Assembly (NCBI GenBank): GCA_017436305.1
Contig: JAFSDJ010000082.1
Location: 33,199 to 97,198, forward strand
Direction of reading: 5' to 3'
DNA: 64,000 bases
Source of the DNA: Lachnospiraceae bacterium
GTDB taxonomy: Bacteria; Bacillota; Clostridia; Lachnospirales; Lachnospiraceae
Shown here piece after piece: positions 9,501 to 18,859 of the stretch; position 1 is the first letter of the stretch; each line of letters starts with the position of its first letter. Position numbers and translations under genes: made by a program. The notes under the pieces were generated by a model. That model was not told the DNA's origin. It did not search any database and saw only the letters and a list, made by a program, of their open reading frames with translations.

Positions 9501-11766
9501 AAATAAAGGCATAGGAATTGGAGAAACTTTACAACTACAAGTGAGATATTATACTCCGGATGATGCAGTAAATAAAACTGTCGGAAGATGGGAAAGCACC
9601 AATGAAGAAGTTGCCACAGTAGACCAGAACGGACTGGTAACCACAGTAGGACAGGGAACCTGTGGAATTCGTGCTTATACTACAGACGGTAAATATTATG
9701 GCAATTGTAACGTATGGGTACAGCCGGCACAGATTCCAAGTAAGGATATCAGATATGACCATTCCAATACCAGCATTACCCTTTACTGGAAAACTCAGAA
9801 AAATGTACATGGTTACAATCTTTACTGTGACAAAGGTGATGGAAAGGGATATGAGAAAGTAAAGGATCTGGTAATAAACACGCAAGGGGATGAATCATAT
9901 TATAATGCCTATGGCTTAACTGCAGGCAAAACCTATAAGTATAAAATTGCACCACAGATAACAAGATGGGATTCTAATGGTTTTTCCCATACTTATGAGA
10001 CTTTATCAGAGGAAATTTCCATTACGACTTATTCCAGTTCTGTTATTACAAATTTTAATACCAATGGCGTGGAATCAATCGGTGTTTCGTTAGGAGGCAG
10101 TACTGAATTTTGTGTCTATGCAAATAAAAATATTATTGATTTTCAAGCAGAGGATGAAGATATTATTTCTTTGACTGAAATAGATGATGCTATAAATGCA
10201 AAAAGAAAGGTTACAGGTCTGAAAGAAGGATTTACTTACATCACAGTTACTGCCAAGGATGAAAAGGAATTTAGTAAAAAGTATCCGGTATTAGTTTACG
10301 ATTTCCAAAAAATTGGAAACAATATCGAAGCAGAGGGTTTAATTAAATCCGCTCGTTTTAAGTGGAAAGTGGAGAATAAGGACAGGCAGAATGGTTTCCG
10401 TCTGAAATATAAATATGGTGGAAAAACTTGTGAGGAATTTATAGAAATGGATAAGCTTAGTCTGTCTGTGGATCAAAACGGTGACACTTATGCCACTTAT
10501 GTTTTAGGCGGTTTGGAAAACGATTATGATTATTCCTTTAGCTTGGCACCATATCTCATAAGAGACGGATTAACCTTTACGGGAGCTGACAGCAACAGTG
10601 TATCCATACATACACCGGCATATACAAATGTAGACAGCATTACAGGTGAAAACACACATCTGATTAATAAAGGTGCTACGAAAAAAATTACGGTTACAGT
10701 AGGACCAACTGGGGCAAGTGAGCCAAATGTTGTGTGGATTCCTTACCGTGCCACTATAATTCAGGTGACTGAAAGCGGTACTGTAAGCGGACAGGTAAAG
10801 TATGCCGTAGTAAAAGGTATAAAAGCAGGAATTTCCAAGTTGAATGCGGTAGCAGCGGATGAAAATAATTTCCAAATGACCATGAAGGTTGTGGTACTTC
10901 CTTTGAAGGTTACAAATGTAACAGCCACAACAGCTATGAATTCTGTTTCCATAAAATGGACAGGTGACAGTGATGCGGCAGGTTACACCGTATACCGTTA
11001 TCATGATACAAGCAAAACATGGGTAAATATTGCAACTACCAGCCAGACTTCTTACGTGGATTCAGGGCTCAGTGCAGACACTGTTTACCAGTATAAGATT
11101 GGCGTCTATATCAAGGATAATGAAGGAATTTACGAGGGCCAACAGACAGAAGTTTTCACATTCCGTACACAGGTAGATCCAAATGCCCAGGTAGAGTTGC
11201 CATTTAATGAACGAAAAGTTGCCAACTTCAAAATTAGCAAAAATTACACCAAAAAAGTAAAATTATCATGGACGAAAATGAAGGATGCTCAGGGCTACCA
11301 GATATATCAGTACAAGTCCAAAAAGTGGAAAAAAGTTTCCACGCTGAAGAAGGGTACCACAAAGACTAAAGTTATTAAAAAATTAAAACCGGGTACTACC
11401 TATAAATTCCGTATCCGTGCATACAAAAAGGAAAATGGCAAAACCATTTACACCAAATATACTAATTTAAAAGTAATGACAAGGCCTTCTAAAGTAAAAA
11501 TTAAAAGTACGACAGCAGGAACCAAAAAACTTACTTTAAAATGGAAAAAGGTAAAGGCAAGCGGATATGAAGTTCAGTATTGTACCTCAAAGAAATTTAA
11601 GAAAAATGTAAAAAAAGTGACAGTAAAGAAGAGTAAGACAAAAGCAACTATCAAGAAATTAAAGAGTGGTAAGACTTATTATGTAAGAATACGTGCTTAC
11701 TCCAAAGTAAATGGCAAGAAATACTACGGTGCTTACAGTACTGTAAAAAAAGTTAAAATTAAGTAA
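6517..11766 (+). CDS. Giant secreted protein with a pectate-lyase-superfamily-like right-handed beta-helix, an acidic linker, Big_2 Ig-like domains, FN3-like domains and a Lys-rich C-terminal FN3-like pair
   Basis: 1749 aa with a signal peptide (..GMEVHA/EY). GAKGDG plus repetitive N/G-rich beta-helix-like repeats in roughly aa 90-680. An E/T/S-rich linker is encoded near 8560-8810. Big_2-like segments (e.g. VKWTSSNEAVATV..GTATITC) start near 9170. There are several FN3-like modules. No LPXTG, SLH or choline-binding repeats were seen. Confidence 0.85.
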   Translation: MCQKTKRLSYLKSVKLLALFGVLLGLFSIGMEVHAEYQKFPESKAPISTMSVYKNMDTTFLKTYPFGTTTGQSATIELETAQDMIKATDIRLKAGRYVRTEGFYSVGDGGAGTYVLSTTPATGGILLENGLYANLIADKKVIDGKTWAIVSVKQLGAKGDGQEGEQDIVNSAISLGSEFANNNNSIFRSIVYLPKGEYRCTNQVQINVSNVNFVGDGEDSVFFTDNDYRKDIGYYEFFFTVWGATDLYMADFKVEAREVDHYKYMRQMVFVDCSNVYTYRVDLNIPQETFSKDYYVDKQYSSLTYYSGNRNMTLDDCKLELMSSTFRGANLGVLDFYGRGEENITIMNCEFHSDARDEQIGIFSARPTYENYAGSFVRNIYFINNTMYSYQPLDQNAAGGWRTMCFTVAYDESKEIENVIISGNHFIADLDSKFMTFGGGLQSCEVSHNMIEARCTANNGAFLFDSSNGHNERIQIQDNEFYITYRDNEGTGKFAILSGHGTVKGNKIVSDTFLYRIGYVNGVYENNTYINFGNLKQLTEGIKEFNNNKIVNYNQLGTDNLGQLVNYYADSEDDVVNFTGNEIIDYKLAYEKKDWWHYLVDLRNQFSEFNFVGNKYIIPNKYFYAYSTATLSNDVCPIPAIMFRGSSINKVNFKNNTLQGLTNYTTYEGTTVNENGAQSLEQVTKEDSSKEEGLQGETQTDNIERESNRIPVETERAVSENTISENAIADDGVVNREAATEQKADSVTETEETESILADTADSDKVVNLYLEGNTYPSYTYNANDTVCTEVQITQNGKATTEIYTSASAVSLGTIVKAGYLNAEGTCENPAVVTNKTLHWHVSLDGLASVNNGVVTRKEYGDVVVFAAPIDGSQVYGKCTIHFVKGFATGIQVEKDKVTLQTSKKYKVVYDVLPADSASQTVKWTSSNEAVATVTSQGIIEAVSVGTATITCATQDGTNVTKTIQVTVEPLTVKKITLNYIDWYDFEYEQNNNWENKGIGIGETLQLQVRYYTPDDAVNKTVGRWESTNEEVATVDQNGLVTTVGQGTCGIRAYTTDGKYYGNCNVWVQPAQIPSKDIRYDHSNTSITLYWKTQKNVHGYNLYCDKGDGKGYEKVKDLVINTQGDESYYNAYGLTAGKTYKYKIAPQITRWDSNGFSHTYETLSEEISITTYSSSVITNFNTNGVESIGVSLGGSTEFCVYANKNIIDFQAEDEDIISLTEIDDAINAKRKVTGLKEGFTYITVTAKDEKEFSKKYPVLVYDFQKIGNNIEAEGLIKSARFKWKVENKDRQNGFRLKYKYGGKTCEEFIEMDKLSLSVDQNGDTYATYVLGGLENDYDYSFSLAPYLIRDGLTFTGADSNSVSIHTPAYTNVDSITGENTHLINKGATKKITVTVGPTGASEPNVVWIPYRATIIQVTESGTVSGQVKYAVVKGIKAGISKLNAVAADENNFQMTMKVVVLPLKVTNVTATTAMNSVSIKWTGDSDAAGYTVYRYHDTSKTWVNIATTSQTSYVDSGLSADTVYQYKIGVYIKDNEGIYEGQQTEVFTFRTQVDPNAQVELPFNERKVANFKISKNYTKKVKLSWTKMKDAQGYQIYQYKSKKWKKVSTLKKGTTKTKVIKKLKPGTTYKFRIRAYKKENGKTIYTKYTNLKVMTRPSKVKIKSTTAGTKKLTLKWKKVKASGYEVQYCTSKKFKKNVKKVTVKKSKTKATIKKLKSGKTYYVRIRAYSKVNGKKYYGAYSTVKKVKIK

Positions 11767-11769
11767 TAT

Positions 11770-11812
11770 AAAAGCTGTGCTTTCACAGAAATGTGAATGT
11801 ACAGCTTTTTTT
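11770..11812 (+). terminator. Intrinsic terminator after the giant gene
   Basis: aaaagctgt ... acagctttt stem followed by a T run. Confidence 0.75.
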
Positions 11813-11904
11813 AAAACACATAAAAAAATAAATTTAGCAAATACTAGAAAAGATTATGACGGGAGAAGCTTTAATCCCAATAAGTAAAAATGAAGGGGAA
11901 GTTT

Positions 11905-13143
11905 ATGTTTATTATTAACGGTAACATTTATACTATGGCAGACAAAAACATAGAAAACGGATATATAAGCATACAAAAAGGAAAAATTGTCAAAGTAGGG
12001 GATATGAAAGAGTTAGCAGAAGGCAATTTGATAAAAGAAACAGAAAAAAAGCCGGAGGATAAGAAAAGTGGCAGCAAAAAAAATAATAAAAGTTATAATA
12101 TAGACGAAAAAATATTGGACGTAAAAGGTGCATGGGTAATGCCGGGAATCATTGAGGCCCACTGCCATGTGGGAATCACAGAAGAAAAAAATGGAACAGT
12201 AGGAGACGACGTAAATGAAGTGAGTGATCCCATTACACCAACACTTAGAGGATTGGATGCAATCAATCCTATGGATCCGGAATTTCATGATGCCATAAAG
12301 GCAGGGATTACATCTGTAATGACAGGCCCGGGAAGCTCAAATGTGGTGGGCGGGCAGTTTGTATTTATGAAAACCCAGGGCAGGTGCATTGATGAAATGA
12401 TAGTAAAGGCTCCGGCAGCCATGAAAGTAGCATTTGGTGAAAATCCAAAGAATAATTATGGAAATAAGGGAAAAATGCCGGGTACCAGAATGGCAATTGC
12501 GGCTTTGCTACGGGAAGAATTGTTTTTAGCAAAGCAGTATAAAGAAAAAAAGGATAATGGAAGCTTAGAGGAAGCAGATTTTAAAATGGAAGCATGGATG
12601 CCTGTACTGAATAGAGAAATTCCACTAAAAGCCCATGTTCACAGAACAGATGATATTTTGACCGCAATCCGGATTGGAAAAGAGTTCGGTGTAGATATGA
12701 CACTGGATCATTGCACAGAAGGGCATTTGATAGCACAGGAAATTGTAGAATCAGGTTTCCCGGCAATAGTAGGGCCGGATCTGACTTCCCGTTCTAAAGT
12801 GGAAGTGCAGAATATGAATTTCAAAACAAGTGGAAATTTAAGTAAGGCTGGAGTAACTGTGGCCATAACCACAGACCATCCTGTATCAATTTTACACTAT
12901 CTTCCTATTTGTGCAGGACTGGCAGTGAAAAATGGGCTGTCCATGGAAGAAGGATTAAAGGCAATTACCATTAATGCTGCAAAAATCTGCCGTGTGGAAG
13001 ATAGAGTGGGTAGCTTAGAACCGGGAAAGGATGCTGATATTGCTATATTTTCAGGAAATCCTATGGAAACCTTTACAAAAACATTGTATACAATAATAGA
13101 TGGTAAAATTGTGTATAATTTTATGGAAGATGAAGAGAAATGA
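11905..13143 (+). CDS. Amidohydrolase-superfamily metal-dependent hydrolase
   Basis: HxH metal motif EAHCHVG and a C-terminal GSLEPGKDADI motif typical of the family. ATG 11905 is preferred because GAAGGGGA lies 6 nt upstream, whereas the track start at 11890 sits inside that RBS. There is a Lys-rich insertion near aa 45-70. Confidence 0.85.
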   Translation: MFIINGNIYTMADKNIENGYISIQKGKIVKVGDMKELAEGNLIKETEKKPEDKKSGSKKNNKSYNIDEKILDVKGAWVMPGIIEAHCHVGITEEKNGTVGDDVNEVSDPITPTLRGLDAINPMDPEFHDAIKAGITSVMTGPGSSNVVGGQFVFMKTQGRCIDEMIVKAPAAMKVAFGENPKNNYGNKGKMPGTRMAIAALLREELFLAKQYKEKKDNGSLEEADFKMEAWMPVLNREIPLKAHVHRTDDILTAIRIGKEFGVDMTLDHCTEGHLIAQEIVESGFPAIVGPDLTSRSKVEVQNMNFKTSGNLSKAGVTVAITTDHPVSILHYLPICAGLAVKNGLSMEEGLKAITINAAKICRVEDRVGSLEPGKDADIAIFSGNPMETFTKTLYTIIDGKIVYNFMEDEEK

Positions 13144-13266
13144 TGAGGTGAATCTAATTTTTTATATAAAATATACTTAAAAATTTTAAAATATCTTTAA
13201 AGAATTTGTGAAATATGTTAAGATGGTAAGACAGAGTGGGAGAATAACTTAAAGGAGAGATGTGTT

Positions 13267-14580
13267 ATGGAAGAGAGAAAGAAAACCAGAAGAGTATCAC
13301 CTTTACAGCTTAAAATGGTTGGTCTGACCGTCGGAGCAGTTTTATTAATGGCAATAGGAGCTTTTATTGTTGTGAATCTTCATGTGGAGGGCATGGAATC
13401 TTCAGAACGGGTTAGTATTGTCAGAGATATGGCTATTATAGCTGTAATCGCAGTTGTTATTGAGATAATTGTAGTAAATCTTATAGTAAGCGGTATGGTA
13501 AAGGCACTTAACCGTTCTTTGGATATTTTGCAGGCAGCAGCATCCGGTGATTTAACAAAAGATGTGGCAAACTCAGACCTTGCCAGAAAAGATGAAATGG
13601 GCATTTTGGCAAATGGCGTTGCAGATGTTTTAAAATCTTTAAAAGAGTTGATTGCCAGAGTGAGCACCACCACAGATGCGGTAAATGATTCCGTTATGAG
13701 TTTAAATAAAATGGCAGCTAATTCTACCAATTCTTCAGAAAGTGTGGCACAGACCATGACAGAAATGGCTAATGGTGCTACCCAGCAGGCCATTGAAACA
13801 CAGGCAGTTTCTGAAGCGGTTCATAGAATTGGTGATGAAATTGAGCAAACCGCTGAAGCAGCACAGTTTTTAATGCAGACAGCAGAGGGTATGAAGAAGA
13901 CAGGTGCTGAAGGTTCAGAATCTGTACAGGAACTGGAAAACATTTCAGCAAAGGTAAAAGAGCAGATTGCAATTATTTACGAACAGACTAATACTACCAA
14001 CGAGTCTGCACAGGAAATACATAAAGCAACTGAATTAATTGCTTCCATTGCAAACGAAACAAACCTCCTGGCATTAAATGCTTCTATCGAAGCAGCAAGA
14101 GCAGGAGAAAGTGGAAGAGGCTTTGCGGTTGTTGCAGAACAAATTAAAAACCTTGCGGAACAGTCCAATCAGTCCGCAAAAACAATTGAAGATATTATTT
14201 CCCATTTGCTGGAACAGTCCGAACAGGCTGTAAAGACTATGAACACTGTAGATGCTATTATTGGTTTACAGGCTGATAAAGTAGAGATTACAAAAGGCGT
14301 GTTTGATCATGTAAATGAAGGCTTATTAGCTACAGTAACCGGTATTGAGAGAATTTCTAACAGTGCAAATGAACTGGAAAATGCCAAAGGACAGGTAGTA
14401 TCTTCTATCGAAACACTTTCTGCAATTGCAGAGCAGAATGCTGCAGCTACACAGGAAACAGCAGCTTCAACGGAAGAACTGGCTGCTACTATGGAAAACA
14501 TTGCAGAGGAAGCCGGACGACTGGATGTTGCATCAAAAGAACTGGTTTCAAGCATGAATGCATTTCAGATTTATGGTTAG
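13267..14580 (+). CDS. Methyl-accepting chemotaxis protein (two TM helices with a minimal outside loop, HAMP, MA domain)
   Basis: Signalling hairpin [45 protein letters not shown]. Confidence 0.9.
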   Translation: MEERKKTRRVSPLQLKMVGLTVGAVLLMAIGAFIVVNLHVEGMESSERVSIVRDMAIIAVIAVVIEIIVVNLIVSGMVKALNRSLDILQAAASGDLTKDVANSDLARKDEMGILANGVADVLKSLKELIARVSTTTDAVNDSVMSLNKMAANSTNSSESVAQTMTEMANGATQQAIETQAVSEAVHRIGDEIEQTAEAAQFLMQTAEGMKKTGAEGSESVQELENISAKVKEQIAIIYEQTNTTNESAQEIHKATELIASIANETNLLALNASIEAARAGESGRGFAVVAEQIKNLAEQSNQSAKTIEDIISHLLEQSEQAVKTMNTVDAIIGLQADKVEITKGVFDHVNEGLLATVTGIERISNSANELENAKGQVVSSIETLSAIAEQNAAATQETAASTEELAATMENIAEEAGRLDVASKELVSSMNAFQIYG

Positions 14581-14651
14581 TTTACAAAGAGTAATTTCAG
14601 GACAGACAATTGGCAACAATTTGTAGCAAATTTGGAGAAGGTATTTATATT

Positions 14652-14689
14652 AAAAAGGGGTTTCACAAATTATCTGTGAAACCTCTTTT
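14652..14689. terminator. Bidirectional terminator between the convergent MCP and pyrG genes
   Basis: aaaggggtttcaca / tgtgaaacctcttt stem, flanked by an A run on one side and a T run on the other. A second GC hairpin, gtgcgcc..ggcgcac, lies at 14696-14713. Confidence 0.75.
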
Positions 14690-14731
14690 ATATGGTGCGC
14701 CTGGCGGCGCACGTAATTTATCATGTTATTT

Positions 14732-16336
14732 TTATTTTTTATTGTTTAAGCTGGCTTCTACAAAGCCCTTAAATAGTGGATGCGGTCTGTTTGGTCTGCT
14801 CTTTAATTCAGGATGCGCCTGTGTGGCAATAAAGAACGGATGCTCTGATAATTCGCACATTTCCACAATACGTCCGTCAGGAGAAAGTCCTGATAATTTC
14901 ATTCCTTTTTCAACTAAAGCATTGCGGTAATCATTATTTACTTCATAACGATGTCTGTGTCTTTCGTAAATAGTTTCTTCACCATATACTTCATAAGCTT
15001 TTGAATTTTTATCAAGAACACATGGATAAGAACCAAGTCTTAATGTACCACCAATATCCTCTACACCGTTTTGGTCCGGCATCAGTGCGATTACAGGATG
15101 TGTAGTGTTTGGCTCTAATTCAATGCTGTGAGCATCTTTGTAACCTACAACGTTTCTTGCATATTCCACAATCGATAACTGCATACCAAGGCATAAACCA
15201 AGGAATGGAATGTTATTTTCTCTTGCATAAGTAATTGCCTGAATTTTACCGTCAATACCTCTGTCGCCGAAGCCGCCGGGTACTAAAATTCCGTCTACAT
15301 CACCGAAGATTTCGGATGCATTTTCAGCAGTTACTGTTTCCGAATCTACCCATTTAATATTTACTGTAGTATGAATGAAAATACCGCCATGCTTTAATGC
15401 TTCTACAACACTAATATAAGCATCATGAAGCTGAATATATTTACCAACAAGTGCAATGGTAACTTCGTGCTGTGGATTGCGAAGGTTCTGTACCATTGTC
15501 TTCCAATCTGTTAAATCCGGTTCAGGACAGTTTAATTTTAAACATTCACAGGCAACCTGAGCTAATTTTTCTTCTTCCATTGCAAGAGGGGCCTCGTATA
15601 AGTACTCTACATCCAGATTCTGTAAAACATGTCCGGAAGGAACGTTACAGAATAATGCAATTTTGTCCTTTAACTGCTCATCCAATGGATGCTCGCTTCT
15701 ACATACAATAATATCCGGCTGGATACCCATTCCCTGTAACTCTTTTACAGAAGCTTGTGTAGGTTTTGTTTTCATTTCCTGAGAAGCACTTAAATATGGA
15801 ATCAGTGTAACATGGATTAAAATGGCATTTTCATGACCAATTTCATGCTGGAACTGACGAATGGATTCTAAGAAAGGCTGACTTTCAATATCTCCAACAG
15901 TACCGCCCACCTCAATAATGGCAATTCGTGTATCTTCATCTGTAAAGTTTCTATAAAAACGGCTTTTGATTTCATTGGTAATATGAGGAATTACCTGAAC
16001 AGTGCCGCCGCCGTAGTCGCCGCGTCTCTCTTTCTGTAATACAGACCAGTATACTTTACCGGTAGTAACGTTAGAATTTTTATCAAGACTTTCATCAATA
16101 AATCTTTCATAATGTCCCAGGTCCAAATCGGTTTCCGCACCGTCGTCTGTTACGAATACCTCACCATGCTGAATAGGGTTCATGGTACCCGGGTCAATGT
16201 TAATATATGGATCAAATTTTTGCATTGTTACTTTATAGCCTCTGGCTTTTAATAATCGTCCTAAAGACGCAGCAGTGATTCCTTTTCCTAAACCGGAAAC
16301 AACACCGCCTGTTACAAACACATATTTTACTGGCAT
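14732..16336 (-). CDS. pyrG: CTP synthase
   Basis: 534 aa. N-terminal [16 protein letters not shown] and glutamine amidotransferase GLCLGMQ motifs. Confidence 0.97.
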   Translation of the reverse strand: MPVKYVFVTGGVVSGLGKGITAASLGRLLKARGYKVTMQKFDPYINIDPGTMNPIQHGEVFVTDDGAETDLDLGHYERFIDESLDKNSNVTTGKVYWSVLQKERRGDYGGGTVQVIPHITNEIKSRFYRNFTDEDTRIAIIEVGGTVGDIESQPFLESIRQFQHEIGHENAILIHVTLIPYLSASQEMKTKPTQASVKELQGMGIQPDIIVCRSEHPLDEQLKDKIALFCNVPSGHVLQNLDVEYLYEAPLAMEEEKLAQVACECLKLNCPEPDLTDWKTMVQNLRNPQHEVTIALVGKYIQLHDAYISVVEALKHGGIFIHTTVNIKWVDSETVTAENASEIFGDVDGILVPGGFGDRGIDGKIQAITYARENNIPFLGLCLGMQLSIVEYARNVVGYKDAHSIELEPNTTHPVIALMPDQNGVEDIGGTLRLGSYPCVLDKNSKAYEVYGEETIYERHRHRYEVNNDYRNALVEKGMKLSGLSPDGRIVEMCELSEHPFFIATQAHPELKSRPNRPHPLFKGFVEASLNNKK

Positions 16337-16521
16337 TTTCTCTTTCCTCCATTTGAAGCTAAAGGTGTATTTTAGTATTTATATAAAAAATAAAACTCAT
16401 TGACAATTATAGCACACCCCCTAGGGGAAAAGAAAGTATAATTTCGCATGTAATAGAAAAATTTTGTGCAAAAAATTTAGAGTTCTTTCATAATTGTGTC
16501 TAAAATTTCACAAGAATTATA

Positions 16522-16550
16522 TTGATTTATGAAATAACAATCTCTATAAT
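16522..16550 (+). promoter_or_regulatory. Sigma-A-type promoter upstream of ftsH
   Basis: TTGATT (16522-16527), a 17-nt spacer, then TATAAT (16545-16550), about 27 nt upstream of the ftsH ATG. Confidence 0.6.
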
Positions 16551-16576
16551 AGAATAGTGATTTTAGGAGGAGAAGA

Positions 16577-18727
16577 ATGGAAAATCAAAACTACCAAAAT
16601 AATGGAAATAATATAAATGGCCCGGGCGGGCAGAATAATGGCAATGTGCCCGGCGGTAACGGGAATAATGGTCAGGGGCCAAATGATAACGGCCCGGGAA
16701 AAGGTCAAAGCCTTATGGTGCTTCTCATTGCATCTTTGATTGTATTATTAGGCATGAGCTATCTTATGCGGGCTTTGGGAGATGACAGCAATAAGGAAAT
16801 TACTTACAATGAATTTTTAGATATGGTTGAGGCAGGACAGGTTGAAAGTGTTGTTATTACCTCAGACCAGATTAACATTACACCAAAAACAGAGAAAAAA
16901 GAAGAAAAAGACGAAGAAAACATATTCACATCACAAACCCCTACGGTTACTTATTATACAGGTGTGGTAGAGGATGATTCTCTGGCATCATTTTTGAGAG
17001 AGCACAATGTAAGCTTTAAAGAAAAGATACCGGATAATTCAGGGTTTCTGTTATCTATTTTATTAACCTATATTTTACCTATAGTGCTGGTGTGGATACT
17101 TTTAAGCTTTTTATTCCGTAAAATGTCCAGTGGTGGCGGCCCTATGAGTGTGGGAAAGAGTACTGCCAAAGTTTATGTTCAAAAGGAAACCGGTATTACT
17201 TTTAAGGATGTAGCCGGACAGGATGAGGCAAAAGAGTCCCTACAGGAAGTAGTAGACTTTTTGCACAATCCGGGTAAATACACAAAGATTGGAGCAAAGC
17301 TTCCAAAAGGTGCTTTGTTAGTAGGACCTCCGGGAACCGGTAAGACACTTCTTGCTAAGGCAGTAGCAGGAGAAGCAGGAGTGCCGTTTTTCTCTTTAGC
17401 GGGTTCCGATTTTATTGAATTGTATGTAGGTGTTGGTGCTTCCCGTGTAAGAGATTTATTTAGAGAAGCCCAGAAAAATGCTCCTTGTATTATTTTTATT
17501 GATGAAATTGATGCAATCGGAAGAAGCCGTGATTCCAAGTATGGCGGTGGAAACGAGGAAAGAGAACAGACATTAAATCAGCTTTTATCAGAAATGGATG
17601 GTTTTGATACTTCCAAGGGTATTTTAATATTAGCAGCAACTAACCGTCCGGAGATTTTGGATAAGGCGCTTTTAAGACCGGGACGTTTTGACAGGCGTGT
17701 TATCGTTGACAAACCGGACTTAAAAGGAAGAGTAGACGTATTAAAAGTACATTCCAAGGATGTGCTTATGGATGACAGCGTAGATTTAGAGGCAATTGCC
17801 CTTGCTACCAGCGGCGCAGTTGGTTCTGACCTTGCCAATATGATTAATGAAGCAGCCATTAATGCAGTAAAAGAAGGCAGAGCAGCTGTTTGCCAGAAGG
17901 ATTTATTTGACGCAGTAGAGGTTGTATTAGTTGGTAAGGAAAAGAAAGACCGTATTATGAGTAAGGAAGAAAGAAAGATTGTTTCTTATCATGAAGTAGG
18001 TCATGCTTTAGTCAGTGCTCTTCAGAAAAATTCTGAACCGGTACAAAAAATTACCATTGTTCCAAGAACTATGGGTGCATTAGGTTATGTTATGCACGTA
18101 CCTGAGGAAGAAAAGTATTTAAATACCGAAGCAGAACTTAGAGATATGCTGGTTGGCTTATTAGGCGGACGTGCAGCAGAAGAAATTGTATTTGACACCG
18201 TAACAACCGGAGCTTCCAATGATATTGAAAAGGCTACTAACATTGCAAAAGCAATGGTTACCCAGTACGGTATGAGTGAGAAGTTCGGCTTAATTGGTTT
18301 AGCAACTGTTGAAAGCAAATATTTAGACGGCAGGGCAGCCATGAACTGCAGTGACGTAACAGCGGCGGAAGTAGATGCCGAGGTTATGCGTATTTTAAAA
18401 GACAGCTACAAAGAAGCTAAGAGACTGTTAGAAGAAAACAGAGATGTAATGGATAAAATTGCAGCACATCTTATCGAGAAAGAAACCATTACCGGAAAAG
18501 AATTTATGGAAATTTTCCGTAAAGAAAAAGGTTTGCCTGAACCGGAAGAAAAGAAGGAAGACGATAAGGATGGCAGTGAAAAAGGTTCAGGAACAGATGC
18601 AGAGCAATCTACAGAAAATACCGAAACAGAAAAATCCGAAATAGAAAAATCTGAAGCAGAAAAATCCGAAATAGAAAAATCTGAAGCAGAAAAATTCAAA
18701 TCAGAAGAAAAAAGTCAGAAAAAATAA
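16577..18727 (+). CDS. ftsH: ATP-dependent zinc metalloprotease FtsH, with low-complexity N- and C-terminal extensions
   Basis: Walker A GPPGTGKT, SRH region and zinc motif HEVGHAL. There is an N-terminal Asn/Gly/Pro-rich segment of about 45 aa and a C-terminal EKSE repeat tail. Confidence 0.97.
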   Translation: MENQNYQNNGNNINGPGGQNNGNVPGGNGNNGQGPNDNGPGKGQSLMVLLIASLIVLLGMSYLMRALGDDSNKEITYNEFLDMVEAGQVESVVITSDQINITPKTEKKEEKDEENIFTSQTPTVTYYTGVVEDDSLASFLREHNVSFKEKIPDNSGFLLSILLTYILPIVLVWILLSFLFRKMSSGGGPMSVGKSTAKVYVQKETGITFKDVAGQDEAKESLQEVVDFLHNPGKYTKIGAKLPKGALLVGPPGTGKTLLAKAVAGEAGVPFFSLAGSDFIELYVGVGASRVRDLFREAQKNAPCIIFIDEIDAIGRSRDSKYGGGNEEREQTLNQLLSEMDGFDTSKGILILAATNRPEILDKALLRPGRFDRRVIVDKPDLKGRVDVLKVHSKDVLMDDSVDLEAIALATSGAVGSDLANMINEAAINAVKEGRAAVCQKDLFDAVEVVLVGKEKKDRIMSKEERKIVSYHEVGHALVSALQKNSEPVQKITIVPRTMGALGYVMHVPEEEKYLNTEAELRDMLVGLLGGRAAEEIVFDTVTTGASNDIEKATNIAKAMVTQYGMSEKFGLIGLATVESKYLDGRAAMNCSDVTAAEVDAEVMRILKDSYKEAKRLLEENRDVMDKIAAHLIEKETITGKEFMEIFRKEKGLPEPEEKKEDDKDGSEKGSGTDAEQSTENTETEKSEIEKSEAEKSEIEKSEAEKFKSEEKSQKK
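18631..18690 (+). repeat. Perfect 30-bp tandem duplication inside the ftsH 3' end
   Basis: aaaatccgaaatagaaaaatctgaagcaga occurs at 18631-18660 and again at 18661-18690. It encodes the repeated KSEIEKSEAE. Confidence 0.95.
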
Positions 18728-18748
18728 AAAATGGGTTTATAAATGATC

Positions 18749-18794
18749 AAAACCTTACCCTGAAATAAAAAATGTTTCAGCGGTAAGGTTTTTT
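18749..18794 (+). terminator. Intrinsic terminator after ftsH
   Basis: aaaaccttaccctgaaa / tttcagcggtaaggtttttt hairpin with a T6 run. Confidence 0.85.
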
Positions 18795-18859
18795 ACGTTA
18801 CAAATCCGTGAAAATCAGTTATACTGACAAAAACAGATAACAATCAAGTGAGGTCAGAT

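Noticed and set aside
10570-11004. A 144-aa antisense ORF inside the giant surface-protein gene. Others occur at 9535-9885, 9776-9964 and 10761-10952.
   Set aside because: They are embedded in a continuous 1749-codon sense ORF with clear domain structure. The antisense products are Cys/Tyr/Phe-rich nonsense with no start context.
14610-14930. A 106-aa + strand ORF overlapping the 3' end of pyrG.
   Set aside because: It starts at TTG within the terminator region and runs antisense to the highly conserved pyrG. It has no RBS.
16418-16427. A perfect GC-rich palindrome, CCCCTAGGGG, in the AT-rich pyrG/ftsH divergent region. I considered it as part of a pyrG reiterative-transcription attenuator.
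   Set aside because: It lies in the spacer of the most plausible pyrG promoter (extended -10 TGCTATAAT on the minus strand at 16406-16414). It therefore lies upstream of the transcript. No terminator hairpin is visible in the ~60-nt leader, so I cannot support an attenuator.
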